A DNA stretch of 63,551 bases, counting the filler, from Kipferlia bialata (taxonomy: Eukaryota), in assembly GCA_003568945.1 (NCBI GenBank). It is 4 parts of 4 records of this genome, joined end to end, with 100 filler letters (N's around TTAATTAATTAA, not from the genome) between each part and the next. Parts side by side here need not be neighbours in the genome. Positions count along the whole stretch, not along the records: positions 1 to 27,143 come from BDIP01000172.1; positions 27,244 to 54,353 come from BDIP01000173.1; 2 more parts are not named here. The stretch is one strand, 5' to 3'. Below, piece by piece: positions 14,171 through 27,499 of the stretch (position 1 is the first letter of the stretch; each line of letters begins with the position of its first letter). The notes under the pieces were generated by a model. The model saw nothing but the letters and a program-made list of their open reading frames with translations. It was not told where the DNA came from and ran no database searches. The position numbers and the translations under genes were made by a program.

Positions 14171-14478
14171 GGTTCACCTCTAGTGTTCACTCCCTTATCC
14201 CCTTCATCTCCCTGTGTTTCCACACTGGCAATGCACCAGACAAGGACATATACCCAGCAGCAGCTGGGGGGGCATTAATAGGTATAGTATTTACGGTGTA
14301 CGTTGTACGGTGTACGGCATACGGTAAAGGTGGTATATATACCCTGCAGCAGCGGGAGGGGCATTGATAGGTAGTGTAGATAATACATCTGCTGTATGTG
14401 GTGTGCGGTGTACGGTGTACGGTGACTATAGTGTATTCCCAGCTGCTCCCCGGTAGGCGGTGTGCTACGTTTAGTGGA

Positions 14479-14515
<37 letters not shown>

Positions 14516-15510
14516 ACCCCCCCTATTTACCCCTAGGCATGGCCCTTACGAGTGGTCTCTCCCTCCCCCCTGGCTACCTTAGGCACCTAGTACCCACCCA
14601 GGAGCCAAAGGCACCCGATATCGAGGTATAGTAGATATATAGTAAATATACTATATATACTTTCGAGGAAATGAGTTTTGTGTCATATATATATATATAC
14701 TAGTATATATATATAGAGCATATCAGCGCTTGGTGCCAACACAGGAGCCAAAGGCACCCGCTATCGAGGTATATTACATGCACTACGAAATGCTCTCTCC
14801 CACGTATGCACTCCTAATCCCCAGATTACCTTGACATGGGTAATACTCTCTTCTATCTCTCTCTCTCTCTCTCTCTGTCTCCATATGCACCCTTGATACC
14901 CAGTTATTCCTTGACATGGGCAAGAGTCTCTCGATAGCCGCCAAAAACATAGATTCTTCTCTGAGAGAGTATCTCTCTCTCTCTCTCTCTCTACACCCTT
15001 AATTCCCAGCTATTCCTTGACATGGGCAAGAGTGTGTCCCAGGCAGATGCAGTGTGCTCAGGTACTATTATACAAATGTATACTATAGTATTATATATAT
15101 ATGCATGTGTCGTATTAGTATATATGGATACACATGTGTATGTATATTTGTGTAAGAGTGTGTCCCAGGCAGATGCAGTGTGCTCAGGTGTATACCCGTT
15201 TCCATCATAGTGCTGAGAATCCCTCTCTCTCTGTACATAGATACTATATTAATATTCCCTTATCTCTATGTCTAATTATGGCCACGGGTATCACTGAATG
15301 ACACGATTCTCTCTCTCTCTCTATGTATCTACTTTGGTATATATGTGATCGTATACACTTGCCTCTAGTTCTGTTCATGGCCCTGGGCCATTCTTATTGT
15401 ACTCTCTCTCTATATGTATTCACATATTCATATAGAACATTTTGTAGATACGTATTAGCTAATACAGCCTCTAATCCCTAGGTCTGTTCATGGCCCTGGG
15501 CATCACAATA

Positions 15511-15545
<35 letters not shown>

Positions 15546-18443
15546 ATATATGCATACCTATGCGCTAGTATTCTTACCCCTAGGTCTGTTCATGGCCCTG
15601 GGCATTACACACAGGGGACAGGGGGCAGACGCACCAAAGGTTAGTTTACATATACTCACTTATATATATATATATATATATATTCATACTACAGAGATAG
15701 AATATTCGATTCACTGTTTGTCCTTGCTTACCCTCTTTATAGTAGCGAGAGAGACTTCTAACCCCTCAGGAGGTCCTGTCTCTGCTGCAGACCCACATAC
15801 CTGCCCTTTACCACCCACACACATGCAGTCCAGGTATGCATATGTATATATATATATATATATATCTACATACATACGAATATGGAGAGATTATTAGTAA
15901 TATTATTTGTTATATAGAGAGTATATACCTGCCCTGTACCACCCCCACACATGCACCCCAGGTATATATGTATGTATTATGATTCTTACCCTCTAGGCAC
16001 CTCTGCCCTGCGTCGTTCCTCAGCCATGCTAGCGATGGGCCTCATATACAGTGGCACCACTGAGGTGTGGATAGACTATGTGCACTGTACACACCATGTA
16101 ACATGCTATAATCGTATTTGGCCACTCTACTCTTCACTTCTATACATGTGATGAACACTTGTGTTTTTTGCTATATTTTGCTTTCTATTCTTTTGCTTTT
16201 CTGTTTGTTTGTATACACGTACTGATACACGCTTACTCCAGGGCCCCACTACCAATGGGACTACCTCTGGGGGCCTAGGTGCAGAGGGGGAGAGAGAGAG
16301 AGACAGGACAGGCGGGGCACTTCTGCAGGTACGTAGCAAATGAAATGTGCATCCCTAGGGTCATGTGCCCTCTCTCTTGCTTGTGATGTATGTCTATACT
16401 GGAAACTCACCCTTGACCTTCTCCCTATCCTCTCTCTCTCTCTTTGTATACAAAGAACATGTTTCTCTCTGTCTTTTTTTCTCTCTATATACAATACAGT
16501 GTGCTCACCCCCAGGCCTTCTCCTCCTCCCTCGTGGCATGGCCAGGTGGATGGATGAAGAAGGTATACTAATAACTATTACATTTATACATAGGTATATA
16601 TAGTGAGTAATTAGTTTATATGTATATGTGTGTGTATGTATATACATACCCTGTGTGGCCAGTGGATGAAGAAGGTAGGAGAGTAGGCATATATATACCT
16701 CAAACTGCATGCATTTTGTGTATTTATGTGTACAAGCACTATATATACAGAACCGAAGGAGATACGTTTACCAGGTTTATTGACAGGAGATGTATTCTTT
16801 GTATAGCTACCTGTCGTATTAGAAGAAATGCTGGGATAGTTCTGTTGTTTCTTCATACCTTTTAACTATGGTCTTTAACCATGGTCGGTTGTGTCCACTA
16901 AGGATGGCGACATTGCCATATATATATATATATATATATTCGTAAATATTTGTTCATCAATTATTTATTATTGGTGTATTCATGGTTAGATATTGTATGA
17001 ACACTAATTTTGTCTAACCCTAGGAGGTTGTGTCCACAAAGGATGGCGACATTGCCATATATATGTGCATCAATTNNNNNNNNNNNNNNNNNNNNNNNNN
17101 NNNNNNNNNNNNNNNNNNNNNNNNNNNNNNNNNNNNNNNNNNNNNNNNNNNNNNNNNNNNNNNNNNNNNNNCGAATTGTTACTAATATTTAGGAGGTTGT
17201 GTCCACAAAGGATGGCGACATTGCCACACTGCAACAGACACAGTATGGGTCAGGTATATATGTATGTATGTATAAGGAGAGAGGGAGAGAGAGAGAGAGA
17301 GAGAGAGAGACTGCAACAGACACAGTATGGGTCAGGTATAAATGCTGTGTGTAGATCCACATAGTACTGCAATACATTCTTACCTGCCCTAGACAGCTCA
17401 AAATCTCTCTCTCTCTCACTCTCTCTATTTACTTATATATATAAATGTACCCAATCCCCTAGGCAGCACCATCACCAATGGTGTGACCATCTCTCTCTCT
17501 CTCTCCCTTTCTCTTTATGAATGTGTATTATGACCCACACTTTCCTTACCCCCTAGGCAGCACCATCACCAGTGGAGTGAACCCAGACATGGCTAACACA
17601 GTGAGGGAGTGCATTATGACGGTACGTCTATATTATTAGTGTATATTATTATTGTATATATGTTAGTATATATTATTAGTATATATATGTGACTCATTGG
17701 AAAAGTGTTTGCATATATATTCACTTATATATATCTATACATGGCCAACACGGTCAGAGAGTGCATAATGACGGTACGGAGTTCATATCACACCAGCTAT
17801 GTATTAGTTATATGTGGATTTTTTTATGAACTTTGAATATATTTGTGTGTACAGAGTATTCTAACCATCAGCTGCTGCGTGTCAACCCCAGTGCAGTATC
17901 CTACACATATAGTATATTATTTTGTACTATGTATACAGTGCTTATATTAGTAATATGTGGATATATACTAATGTATAAGAATATATAAAATACTCTCACC
18001 CCCAGCCGCGTGTCAACTCTAGTGCAGTATCCAACACATACAGATACATGCAGACATTTTAACATACTCCTACGTGTGAATAGATATAGATATATAATTG
18101 TCTAACCCCCAGCAGCTGCGTGTCAACTCTAGTGCAGTGGCACTGGGTCTGGCACATGCAGGGGCAGGTACTATACATATGCACACATATTTTACAAATG
18201 ACAGTACATTGAGGGCAGTTGTATACATAGGTATATACATATATACATATATGTAGAGAGAGAGGGAGAGGCGCTAGGTTATGTACTACTTTGTTCTCCG
18301 GGTGGCTGAGGCTTCATGTTGTGTCTCCAAGGAGTTTCTCTCTCTCTCTACTTTTCTCTCTATATATATTTGTATATATATCTGTATACTTCTATATATA
18401 GCTAATACCAGGTGCCTCTGGCTTTGATGTACCTGAGGAGTTC

Positions 18444-18485
<42 letters not shown>

Positions 18486-18525
18486 CTAATACTCAGGCGC
18501 CTCTGGCTTTGATGTACCTGAGGAG

Positions 18526-18563
<38 letters not shown>

Positions 18564-18680
18564 TATATATATGTGTATCTAATCATTAGGCGCCTCTGGC
18601 TTTGATGTACCTGAGGAGTTCCTGGAGCTGATGAGAAGGTAGTGTATATACATGTATACTATATTTATATATGTATATAT

Positions 18681-18714
<34 letters not shown>

Positions 18715-19666
18715 GCTTGCTATTACTGATGACAGTATTGATAATATATAGATACGTGTGCATTATTTATAAACAGATAGAGAATGACAAAATATAAATA
18801 TATCGGAGGAGTTCCTGTGGTTGATGTGAAGGAATCTGTGTGTTACTATTTACTATTGGCTATACTTGTGTTTCCTCTCTTTGTGTTGCGTTAGTCTCAT
18901 ACGTCTCCATAATAAGCCAAGACCCCTATTTCAGCGTGTATTCCTCTCTTCTCTCTCTATATACTCCCTTAACCACTAGGTGCCTCCACAATGGGCTAGA
19001 CCCCTATTCCAGAGACCCGACACACTGTGCCCGTGCAGTGAGTAGGCATGTCACGCCAGGTATATAGGCTGTATACACTAATTACAATCATATATTGTAT
19101 GTATTCTATTATATTTATATCCTCACCCCCAGGCAGTGCCCTGTCCAACCTCAAGGGCATATAGTATATATCAATATGTGCATGTATATATACTATGTTA
19201 CTCATTTCATTTACCTATATACATATACATCTATATACCCTTACTCTCAGGCAGTGCCCTGTCCAACCTCAAGGGCACGACAACCAGGGATAGGTGGGTA
19301 GTTACATACATGTATCTATTAACACTGTAACTATATACACTGTGTCCCTCTCTCTACCTACGCAGTGTTGTTTTGTTGTATATGTGTATAGCTGTTGTCC
19401 AACCTCAAGGGCACGACAACCAGGGATAGGTATAGTGTATATGTAGTGTATATGTATATATATATATATATGATACATGATGATATAATGTATAATATGT
19501 ATAGTGTTAAACATGTACCCAGAGGGCACAGCCAGGGACAGGTGGGGATGTATACTGTATACTCTATATATGCTGATGTATATACTGTATACTATGGACT
19601 ATACAGTATAGACTTCAGACTGTAGACGCTAAACATGGTATTCATGTTGTCTTTGTACGATTACTG

Positions 19667-19702
<36 letters not shown>

Positions 19703-20870
19703 TCTCTCTCTCTCTCTCAACAATGGTATATACATACTATAGTGTATCTGTAGTATTCCTGACTATAGGTTCTCCACTCTGTCTGGCCCTGCCTCTGTCA
19801 GACAGGCCACACCCCTCAGGGACAGGATACTCATGGGACCTGGACTGTACATGCCTATAAGTAAGTGTAGTGTCTACTTTCGAAGATACATAGAGAGAGA
19901 GAAAGGATAGTGATAGGGCCTGGGCTGTTCATCTGCCAAGTATGTAAGATATTTCTCTTTACCCACCATTTCACCCCAGGAACCGGTCTCTAGTTGCTTC
20001 TCTCTCTCTCTCTGTCTCTCTCTCTCTACACACTATTTCACCCCAGGAACTGGTCTCTCCATCCGTGGCCCAGGCTCAGGTATGGGCACCGTGTACATAT
20101 TACATATGTTATAAGTATGATCTATACTCAAGAGTCAAATGTCCTTATCTACAGTTTGTAGCGCTATATTATTCTTCATCCGAGATCCTGGGTCAGATAT
20201 GGGAAATTTGTGTAATTACACAATCTATCTTAGCTTCCCTTTATGTATATAGATATGATTAGATATGATTAGATATGAATAGATATGATTACAAACACTT
20301 ACCCATCAGGTGGTGTAGTTATAAGTATGATCTATACTACGTGCTCATCCTGAAGGCTCTCTCTCTCTATATATATATATGTATATGTGTGTATATACCC
20401 TTATCCTACAGGCGGTGTTGCCGTGGGTGGTGAGTCCCACACAGATGGCACAGAACAGGGACCTGACCCAGAGACACCCCTCACAAATGCTCAGAAGGTG
20501 TGTTTGCATATGTGTTGCATATATAGTTAATTATTAGAGGTTTGCAACATATATGTATATAGGTGTGTATATATAGGAGGGAGGGACCTGACCCCGAGAC
20601 ACCCCTCACAAATGCGCAGAAGGTATTCAAATTGGTGTATAGTATTTCTATAGTGCTCTATTTCCTACGACTGCTGTGTGTCTTCCTCATTAGTTCTCTT
20701 AGTGTCTCTCTATCTCATTATGTCAGTCTCTCTCTCTCCCTCTACACCCTTATATCAGCTTGCCACGATGGCTGCCAAGCACTTCATTCTCTCTCTCTCT
20801 CTACACCCTTATATTAGCTTGCCACGATGGCTGCCAAGCACTTCAAGTCCAGCCACGTGTTCTTCGAAGG

Positions 20871-20908
<38 letters not shown>

Positions 20909-23900
20909 TTCCATGTACACAACCTTAATCTCTCTCTCTCTCTCTCTCTCTCCCTCTACACCCTTATTCCAGGATCCACTATGGAGAGTGACACCTACAC
21001 CACCCCTGTCATGTACACCCTGGCCTGCATGTACTACAGTACTGGAAACAGAGAGGTATATATATAGTGTATAGTATATACTCTATACTATATACTGTAT
21101 ATATATGTATATATATATATATATACCCCTGTCATGTACACCCTGGCCTGTATGTACTATGGGACAGGGAATAGAGAGGTACTTCATTCAGATTAATTAG
21201 TAGTGATACTGTATAATTACTTCTGTATATCATGGCATATATAAATGTATAGTATGCATTTATATACCCTGTCATATACTATGGAACAGGGAATAGGGAG
21301 GTATATACCATACTTTTGGGAGACCAATATATATCGTTTACATTTCTTGTTCTATGTGTAGTTACCTATACCAGGTCCTGTCCATGCTGCCCACCCTCAA
21401 CAGTCCCTCTCTCTCTCTCACTCTCTCTCTCTCTCCATATATATGTGTGTGTCCTTATGTCAGGTCCTCTCTATGCTGCCCACCCTCAACAGTGCCAGAG
21501 AGGTGGCTAATGTGCCAGGTGAGCTACATATATTAGTATGTGTGTATATATATTTTAAGACTACACTGTTTCTAAAAGTGCCAGGTATGTAATAAGTCTA
21601 TGTGCATGCCCTTGCCGTTCTCTCTCTCTCTCTCTCTATCTGATATATAAGCTGACTCCCTCCCTATGCTAGCCCTCACCCATGTCTTGGTCATTCTCTC
21701 TCTCTCTCTCATATCAGCCGATAGCCTCCCTATGCTAGCCCTGACCCGTGCCCTGGTCAGGCCCTTAGAGCACACACAGGCCACAGTCAAGTGGCTAGAG
21801 GGGGCTATAGGTATATACACACACATATTGTGAGTATGTATAGATGGATAGTTTTTGCTATACGTATGCGTTATGTCTCACCCCTAGGCCCCTATCTGAT
21901 GGGTGTGGCCAAAGTGTAGTATATATTGTATATATAGTGTATATAGTTGTGTAGTTACTGTGTGTGTGCGCATATATGTTTACGTGTGTCCTATTCAAAC
22001 CCCAGGCCCCTATCTGATGGGAGTGGCCACAGTATATAGTATATATAGTATGTATAGTTGTGGCCACAATATACTGTATCACTATATATACACATATATA
22101 TCCCTATATACATATAGTGTGTATCAATATATATAGTGTATTTCTTATCCTCCAGGCCCCTATCTGATGGATGTGGCCACGACATATGGACAGACACGCA
22201 TGGTCAAGAGAGGTATATACATATGTGTATGTATATGTTATGTAATAGATTACTAGCATTAATATTGATTCCTCTATGTATACACCTTATGTATCTACAA
22301 CAACATACAGACAGACACGCATAGTCCAGAGAGGTACGGATGGATGTATATTTACTCTAAAATATTTACCTCCTATTGTAATACACTAAATATGTATGTA
22401 TACATAATGACATAGGACAGAGACGCATGTTAAGAGAGGTGAGTGTGCGATTGTGTGCAAATTTCATTCTATGTACTACTCTTTGTATATATCCAACACT
22501 CTATCTCCTAGTTCTATATTCTTGTCCTTCTAGCCCCTTACCGTCAGGCACTGACCTCGAGGGCTGTCACAAGGCCAAATGCAACATAATGTATATATAC
22601 ATATATGTATATGTGTGTGTAGGTGTGGGTATGTATACACCCTCTCATACCAGGCACTGACCTCGAGGGATGCCACAGGGCCATACTCTACACACTGGCA
22701 GGTATGGGACACTATATAGACTATACATACACATGCATATATACATATATGTAATGATGTTTTACGAGAGCGAGAGAGAAAGAGAGAGAGGTACCTGGCC
22801 ACACTCTACACACTGCCAGGTATGATTATGTGTACTATTATAGATTACTTGCACGTGAATTTAGAGATTATTATATGTTTATGAAAGAGACAGAGAGAGA
22901 GAAAAAAGAAGTAGAAGGTGCCTTAGTATATTTACGTTGTATGGCTGGTAAATTCATATCTGAGGTACCTATATATAGGAGTATGTAGACAAATATAGAG
23001 AGAGAGACTTCCGCTAGACCCTTATCCTTAATCGTTTAACAACAGGCTCCTGTCTGGCCATAGGTCTCAAGTACTGCTCATCACACCACCCGGAGGTATG
23101 AAGTATTGGAGTGTAAAACAATGTGTCTACATATTGTCTATAAATTTTGAGAGAGAGAGAGAACCAGAGGTATAAGGCGTTGAGTGATAGTGTATAGAAA
23201 CGAGAAGGGTGAGTCTTTAAGAGAGTTACAAGCAATATCCTACTATCTCTCCCCCTCTAACACCCCAGGTCCGGGACCTTCTGCTCTCTGTCTGCCGTGC
23301 CTACATACCCCTGATGCACACACCCACAGGTATGTGTGCATCCATTACATTTAGTAATATATATATATATACATCTAGATAGAGCAGAGAGAGAGAGAGA
23401 GATGCCTATCCCTGATACACACACCGAGAGGCATGTATGTTTGTATATATACTAATACATGTAAATAGTAAATTCTTAGTACTCACCCCTAGGCAAGAAT
23501 ACCAACACCCATATATATGTTTGATACGCCACACTCGGCATTCACTACGACATACGCTGCACTATATATACTATATCTCATTCATATTGATATATAGCTG
23601 ATTCGAGTACTGACAACAAGGCAAGAAGACCAACACCCTCAACCTAACACTCTCTCTTCCTGTCTCTATCTCTCCCTCTCTCTCCCTCTGTATATGTATA
23701 TCCCGTACACTATGTATCTCATCATCTCATATACAACGTATCATTGATCTATACCTAGTACTAACATCAGGGAAGAAGACCAACACCCTCAACCTGGCCA
23801 CCCTTGGCATACTTCATATACTATGAATATAAGGATATTATATATATTATCCGGCCTCATATTGACTAGGCCTAGTAAATACTAAGTACTCACTCCAAGG

Positions 23901-25330
23901 AAAGAAGACCAACACCCTCAACCTGGCCACCCTCGGCATGAGTGTCAGTGGTGAGGGTCTAGAAAGGGAGAGAGGGAGAGAGGGAGAGGCAGAGAGTGTA
24001 CCTGCCAAGACCCTTGTGGTAGCAGACCCACAGTGCATTAGCAGATGTGTCGGGGTGGTGGTTATGGCACTGGCTCTGGTAACGGCAGGTACACTATGGG
24101 TGTATGCATATATATGTATATACATATATATACATACATATACACCAGTGCATCAGTAGATGAGTGGGGGTGTGCGTGATGGCACTTGCCTTAGTGACGG
24201 CAGGTATGGTTCATATATCTATTTCTTTGTATATAATCAATCTATGATTGTCAGGTACCGGTAACACCGATCCCTCTGTGTATGAGTGTGTGAACTCTCT
24301 CTCTGTCCCCCTACATGTGTATGTAACACTCTTTAACCATAGGCACTGGTAACACTGACCCCTGTGTGTACCAGTGTGTGTCTGCCTGCTCAATGACAGA
24401 CTATGGGATGGTGACAACTGAGGCGGCATTTGAGAAGATTAAGAGGTATAGTATATATATATAGTATTTATTCAATACCCTAACTATGTATGCGTAACAA
24501 TTCACTCCCAGGTATGACCTCATTTCTTATTCAGTATGTAAAGTGTATATATTAGTGTATATTGTTCAGTATCAGTGCATCTAATCCAGGTATGACCTCA
24601 TTCCCCAGGTCTGTGTCATGGATATAATGTATATATAGTATACATACAGTATATAATATATATCCATGTATATATATATAGAGAGAGAGGGGGAGAGAGA
24701 GACGCCTATTTCCCACCCCAGGTATGACCTCATTCCCCAGCACTGTGTCATGGGGCCATACGGACCAGGTATGCATAAAATAGTATATTCTACCATACAA
24801 CTGTATTTTACATATATACAGTGTTCCATCTCACTCTGTAGGCTATGGCTTCCACCTCATGCTGTCCACTACTATTAGTATACATTGTATACATAGTGAA
24901 TACAATATTTGTATTCACTATATCTCACCCCACAGGCTATGGCTATATATGTAGTATTTGTGTTATACACGATTAGTATATGTTAATCTCACCCTGTAGG
25001 CTATGGCTTCCACCTCATGCTATCCACTGCACTTGGGATAGCCAACCTGGGGGGGAACACAAGGTGAGTTATCTCTATACATGTTCGCTGTATTATGATG
25101 GGACGCGAACAAAGAGTATTTAGTGTTCTGAATACAACCAATATATATGTTTCAATACAACGACAGCTCTCTATCCTCTTACCTCCCCTCATTATTCTCT
25201 TTCTCTTTGTATATAATCGTGGCACGTTGTTCATACCTTCGCTGATACTGTACACACTTGGGTGAGACATCCAACCCCTATATCTCATTGTCAGGACCCT
25301 CCGGTGCCGGTCTGCCACTGATGTACTCTC

Positions 25331-25383
<53 letters not shown>

Positions 25384-26853
25384 GTTCCTCTTGTTATCTC
25401 TTCTTATCCCAAGGACCCTCCGGTGCCGCTCTGCCACTGACATGTCGCTCATACTGGCAGGTATCAATATTTCTTATCAAATATATCTTTACATATAATA
25501 GTACATATAGCACGTGTATTCATTGTGGTATTATCATTATAGTACTATCATTATTGTACTATACTACCAAGGCTCTGCCACTGACGTGTCACTCATACTG
25601 GCAGGTGATTACAGTAGTATATATGTGTATATATTCGTGTATATATTGCAATTACATTCGTGGCGTGATAGTGTATACATTGTGGTATATATGTGCTATG
25701 TAGTACGGCGGTCTGCCACAGACATGTCTTTCATAGTACATGGATGGATATATTATGTATGTGTAAATACTACATATTGTGTTATCGACCTCTGACTGGT
25801 CCGTTGCACAGGCATATCAGTATACAGACACACATACTCTCTCTCTCCTTATCTATCTATATATATATATATATGTTTGAGTGTATGTTTGTATTCTGCT
25901 CCCCTGGTGTTTCAGTCTCTCTATCTTTCTCTCTCTCTCTCTCTCTCTGTCTGTCTGTCTCTCTCAATATATATACAATGTGTCTGTTAGTGTATATATA
26001 TTTGTATATTTGTATACCTCTCACCCTAGGCATGCTCCCCTGGTGCTTCAGTCTCACCGCCAACGACAACACAACAAGCAACCAGGTAGATATGGTCATA
26101 TACTATAAACACTCTATTTCCATTTTGTTTGCCACGTATATGTTGTTTCTGTTTTGTATATATGTAGTCACCCGTTACCCATACTCTTGTATGTCTGTCA
26201 ATACCCTACATATGTACCTATATACACTCTTCATACATACCGTTGCTGCAGATGAGTGTACAGCCTGTCTGTATTCTCAAAATGTATTATTACTTTATGA
26301 TACTTATATCTATAATTCAATTCTCACCCAGACTCTTGTGTACCTACCACTCCTCGCCAGTCAGGAGAACACCTTGACCATTGCTGAGTCTTCTGGAGTC
26401 AAGGCGTCAGAGTCTACCAAGGTCAAGGTCACTCTCAAGCCTCTAGATGGACATGACAACGCGGAGACTACAGTGATTGAGCGCAGCCTTCCCTGCTGTC
26501 TGCCAGATAGGCAGTTTATCCAGCATGTAGACGTCTACTCTGTTGCTGGTACCAGCTGTGACAAGGCGCTACTCGGTTCCATCTCCCAGTCTGAGCTTGT
26601 CAAGCTAGATGGCAAGAGCGTCTCCGTGTCGCTATACATTGAGGGACAGAGAGGGAGAGAGAGAGAGGCTGAGGTGGCTGCTTTAGAGAGTGGCATATCT
26701 CGCGTATCTGTCTCCAAGGCAGGGGGTAGGGATACACTACTCGGTGTGGCAAGATACATATCGCGTAGGAATAGTGAGTCTAGCAGTGAAGATAGTGGTG
26801 ATGAAGCGGTGGAGAGGGTATTGGCCTCCATATACACAAAGGTGTATGCATAG
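4094..26853 (+). CDS. ANAPC1: Anaphase-promoting complex subunit 1 (APC1), many small exons, 5' incomplete
   Basis: Spliced exons give APC1 landmarks in the correct order: EDRVDECVLKRLDPEQ|TPI (cf. EDLRVQDVRRLLQSAHPV), QRVFATGVGNAY (RTMALPVGRG), WPGLHAAVSAG (WASFHNGVAAG), LFMALG, MLAMGLIYSGT, AVALGLAHAG, TPVMYTLACMYYSTGNRE, LALTRALV...ATVKWLE, GSCLAIGLKY, CVGVVVMALALVTAGTGN, YGFHLMLSTALGIANLGG, PWCFSLTANDNTTSNQ|TLVYLPLLA...SLPCCLP. Stop TAG at 26851-26853. Position 4094 is TTG, not ATG. Confidence 0.88.
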
Positions 26854-27143
26854 ATAACCCAAGTGTGTCTCTCCCTCTCCGTATAGACCCAATTTCTATC
26901 AACTTCATTATGGTTCCCATCAGCATTGAGTAACAGTGTGTCATTTATCAGTACAAACATCACTGAAGGTATATATTCATTCTTTCTGAGATCCTCAGTG
27001 GTATGGGTGCTGTTCCCTGACGGTGTACGGTGTACGGTGTTCTTGAGCATACACACACATATATACTACTGTTTCACTGATAGACATCGCTGGGAGGGGG
27101 ACGGGGGGGGGGGGGGGGGGGGGGGGAAAAGTATGCGAAAGTG

Positions 27144-27243
27144 NNNNNNNNNNNNNNNNNNNNNNNNNNNNNNNNNNNNNNNNNNNNTTAATTAATTAAN
27201 NNNNNNNNNNNNNNNNNNNNNNNNNNNNNNNNNNNNNNNNNNN
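27144..27243. other. Artificial contig spacer (N-run with TTAATTAATTAA)
   Basis: Six-frame stop linker at 27188-27199 centred in 100 positions of N. It is identical at the other two joins. Confidence 0.95.
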
Positions 27244-27244
27244 G

Positions 27245-27279
<35 letters not shown>

Positions 27280-27499
27280 TTCTCTCTCTCTCTGTCTCCC
27301 CCCCCCATCCTCCATCTATATTCGTTACCTGACTTGTCTGATTTTCTACCCAGACACTATCCGTGCAGTGTCTCTCTCTCTCTCTCTCTTTCCACTCAAA
27401 TTTCTTACATCTAGTCACCTTCCGTGCCATTCTACATGATGCCATGGGTCACAACCCTCTGTCTCTATCTATATCTCTCTGTCTCTCTCTGTTTTCTAG

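Noticed and set aside
25693..26330. N-terminal half of the 386-aa ORF as a separate membrane protein
   Set aside because: It is mostly intron read-through. Only the short GMLPW...NQ exon and the portion from ~26331 are APC1 coding.
27188..27199. TTAATTAATTAA palindrome as a biological site (e.g. piggyBac TTAA target)
   Set aside because: It is identical at three places and always centred within N runs, consistent with a six-frame-stop contig linker.
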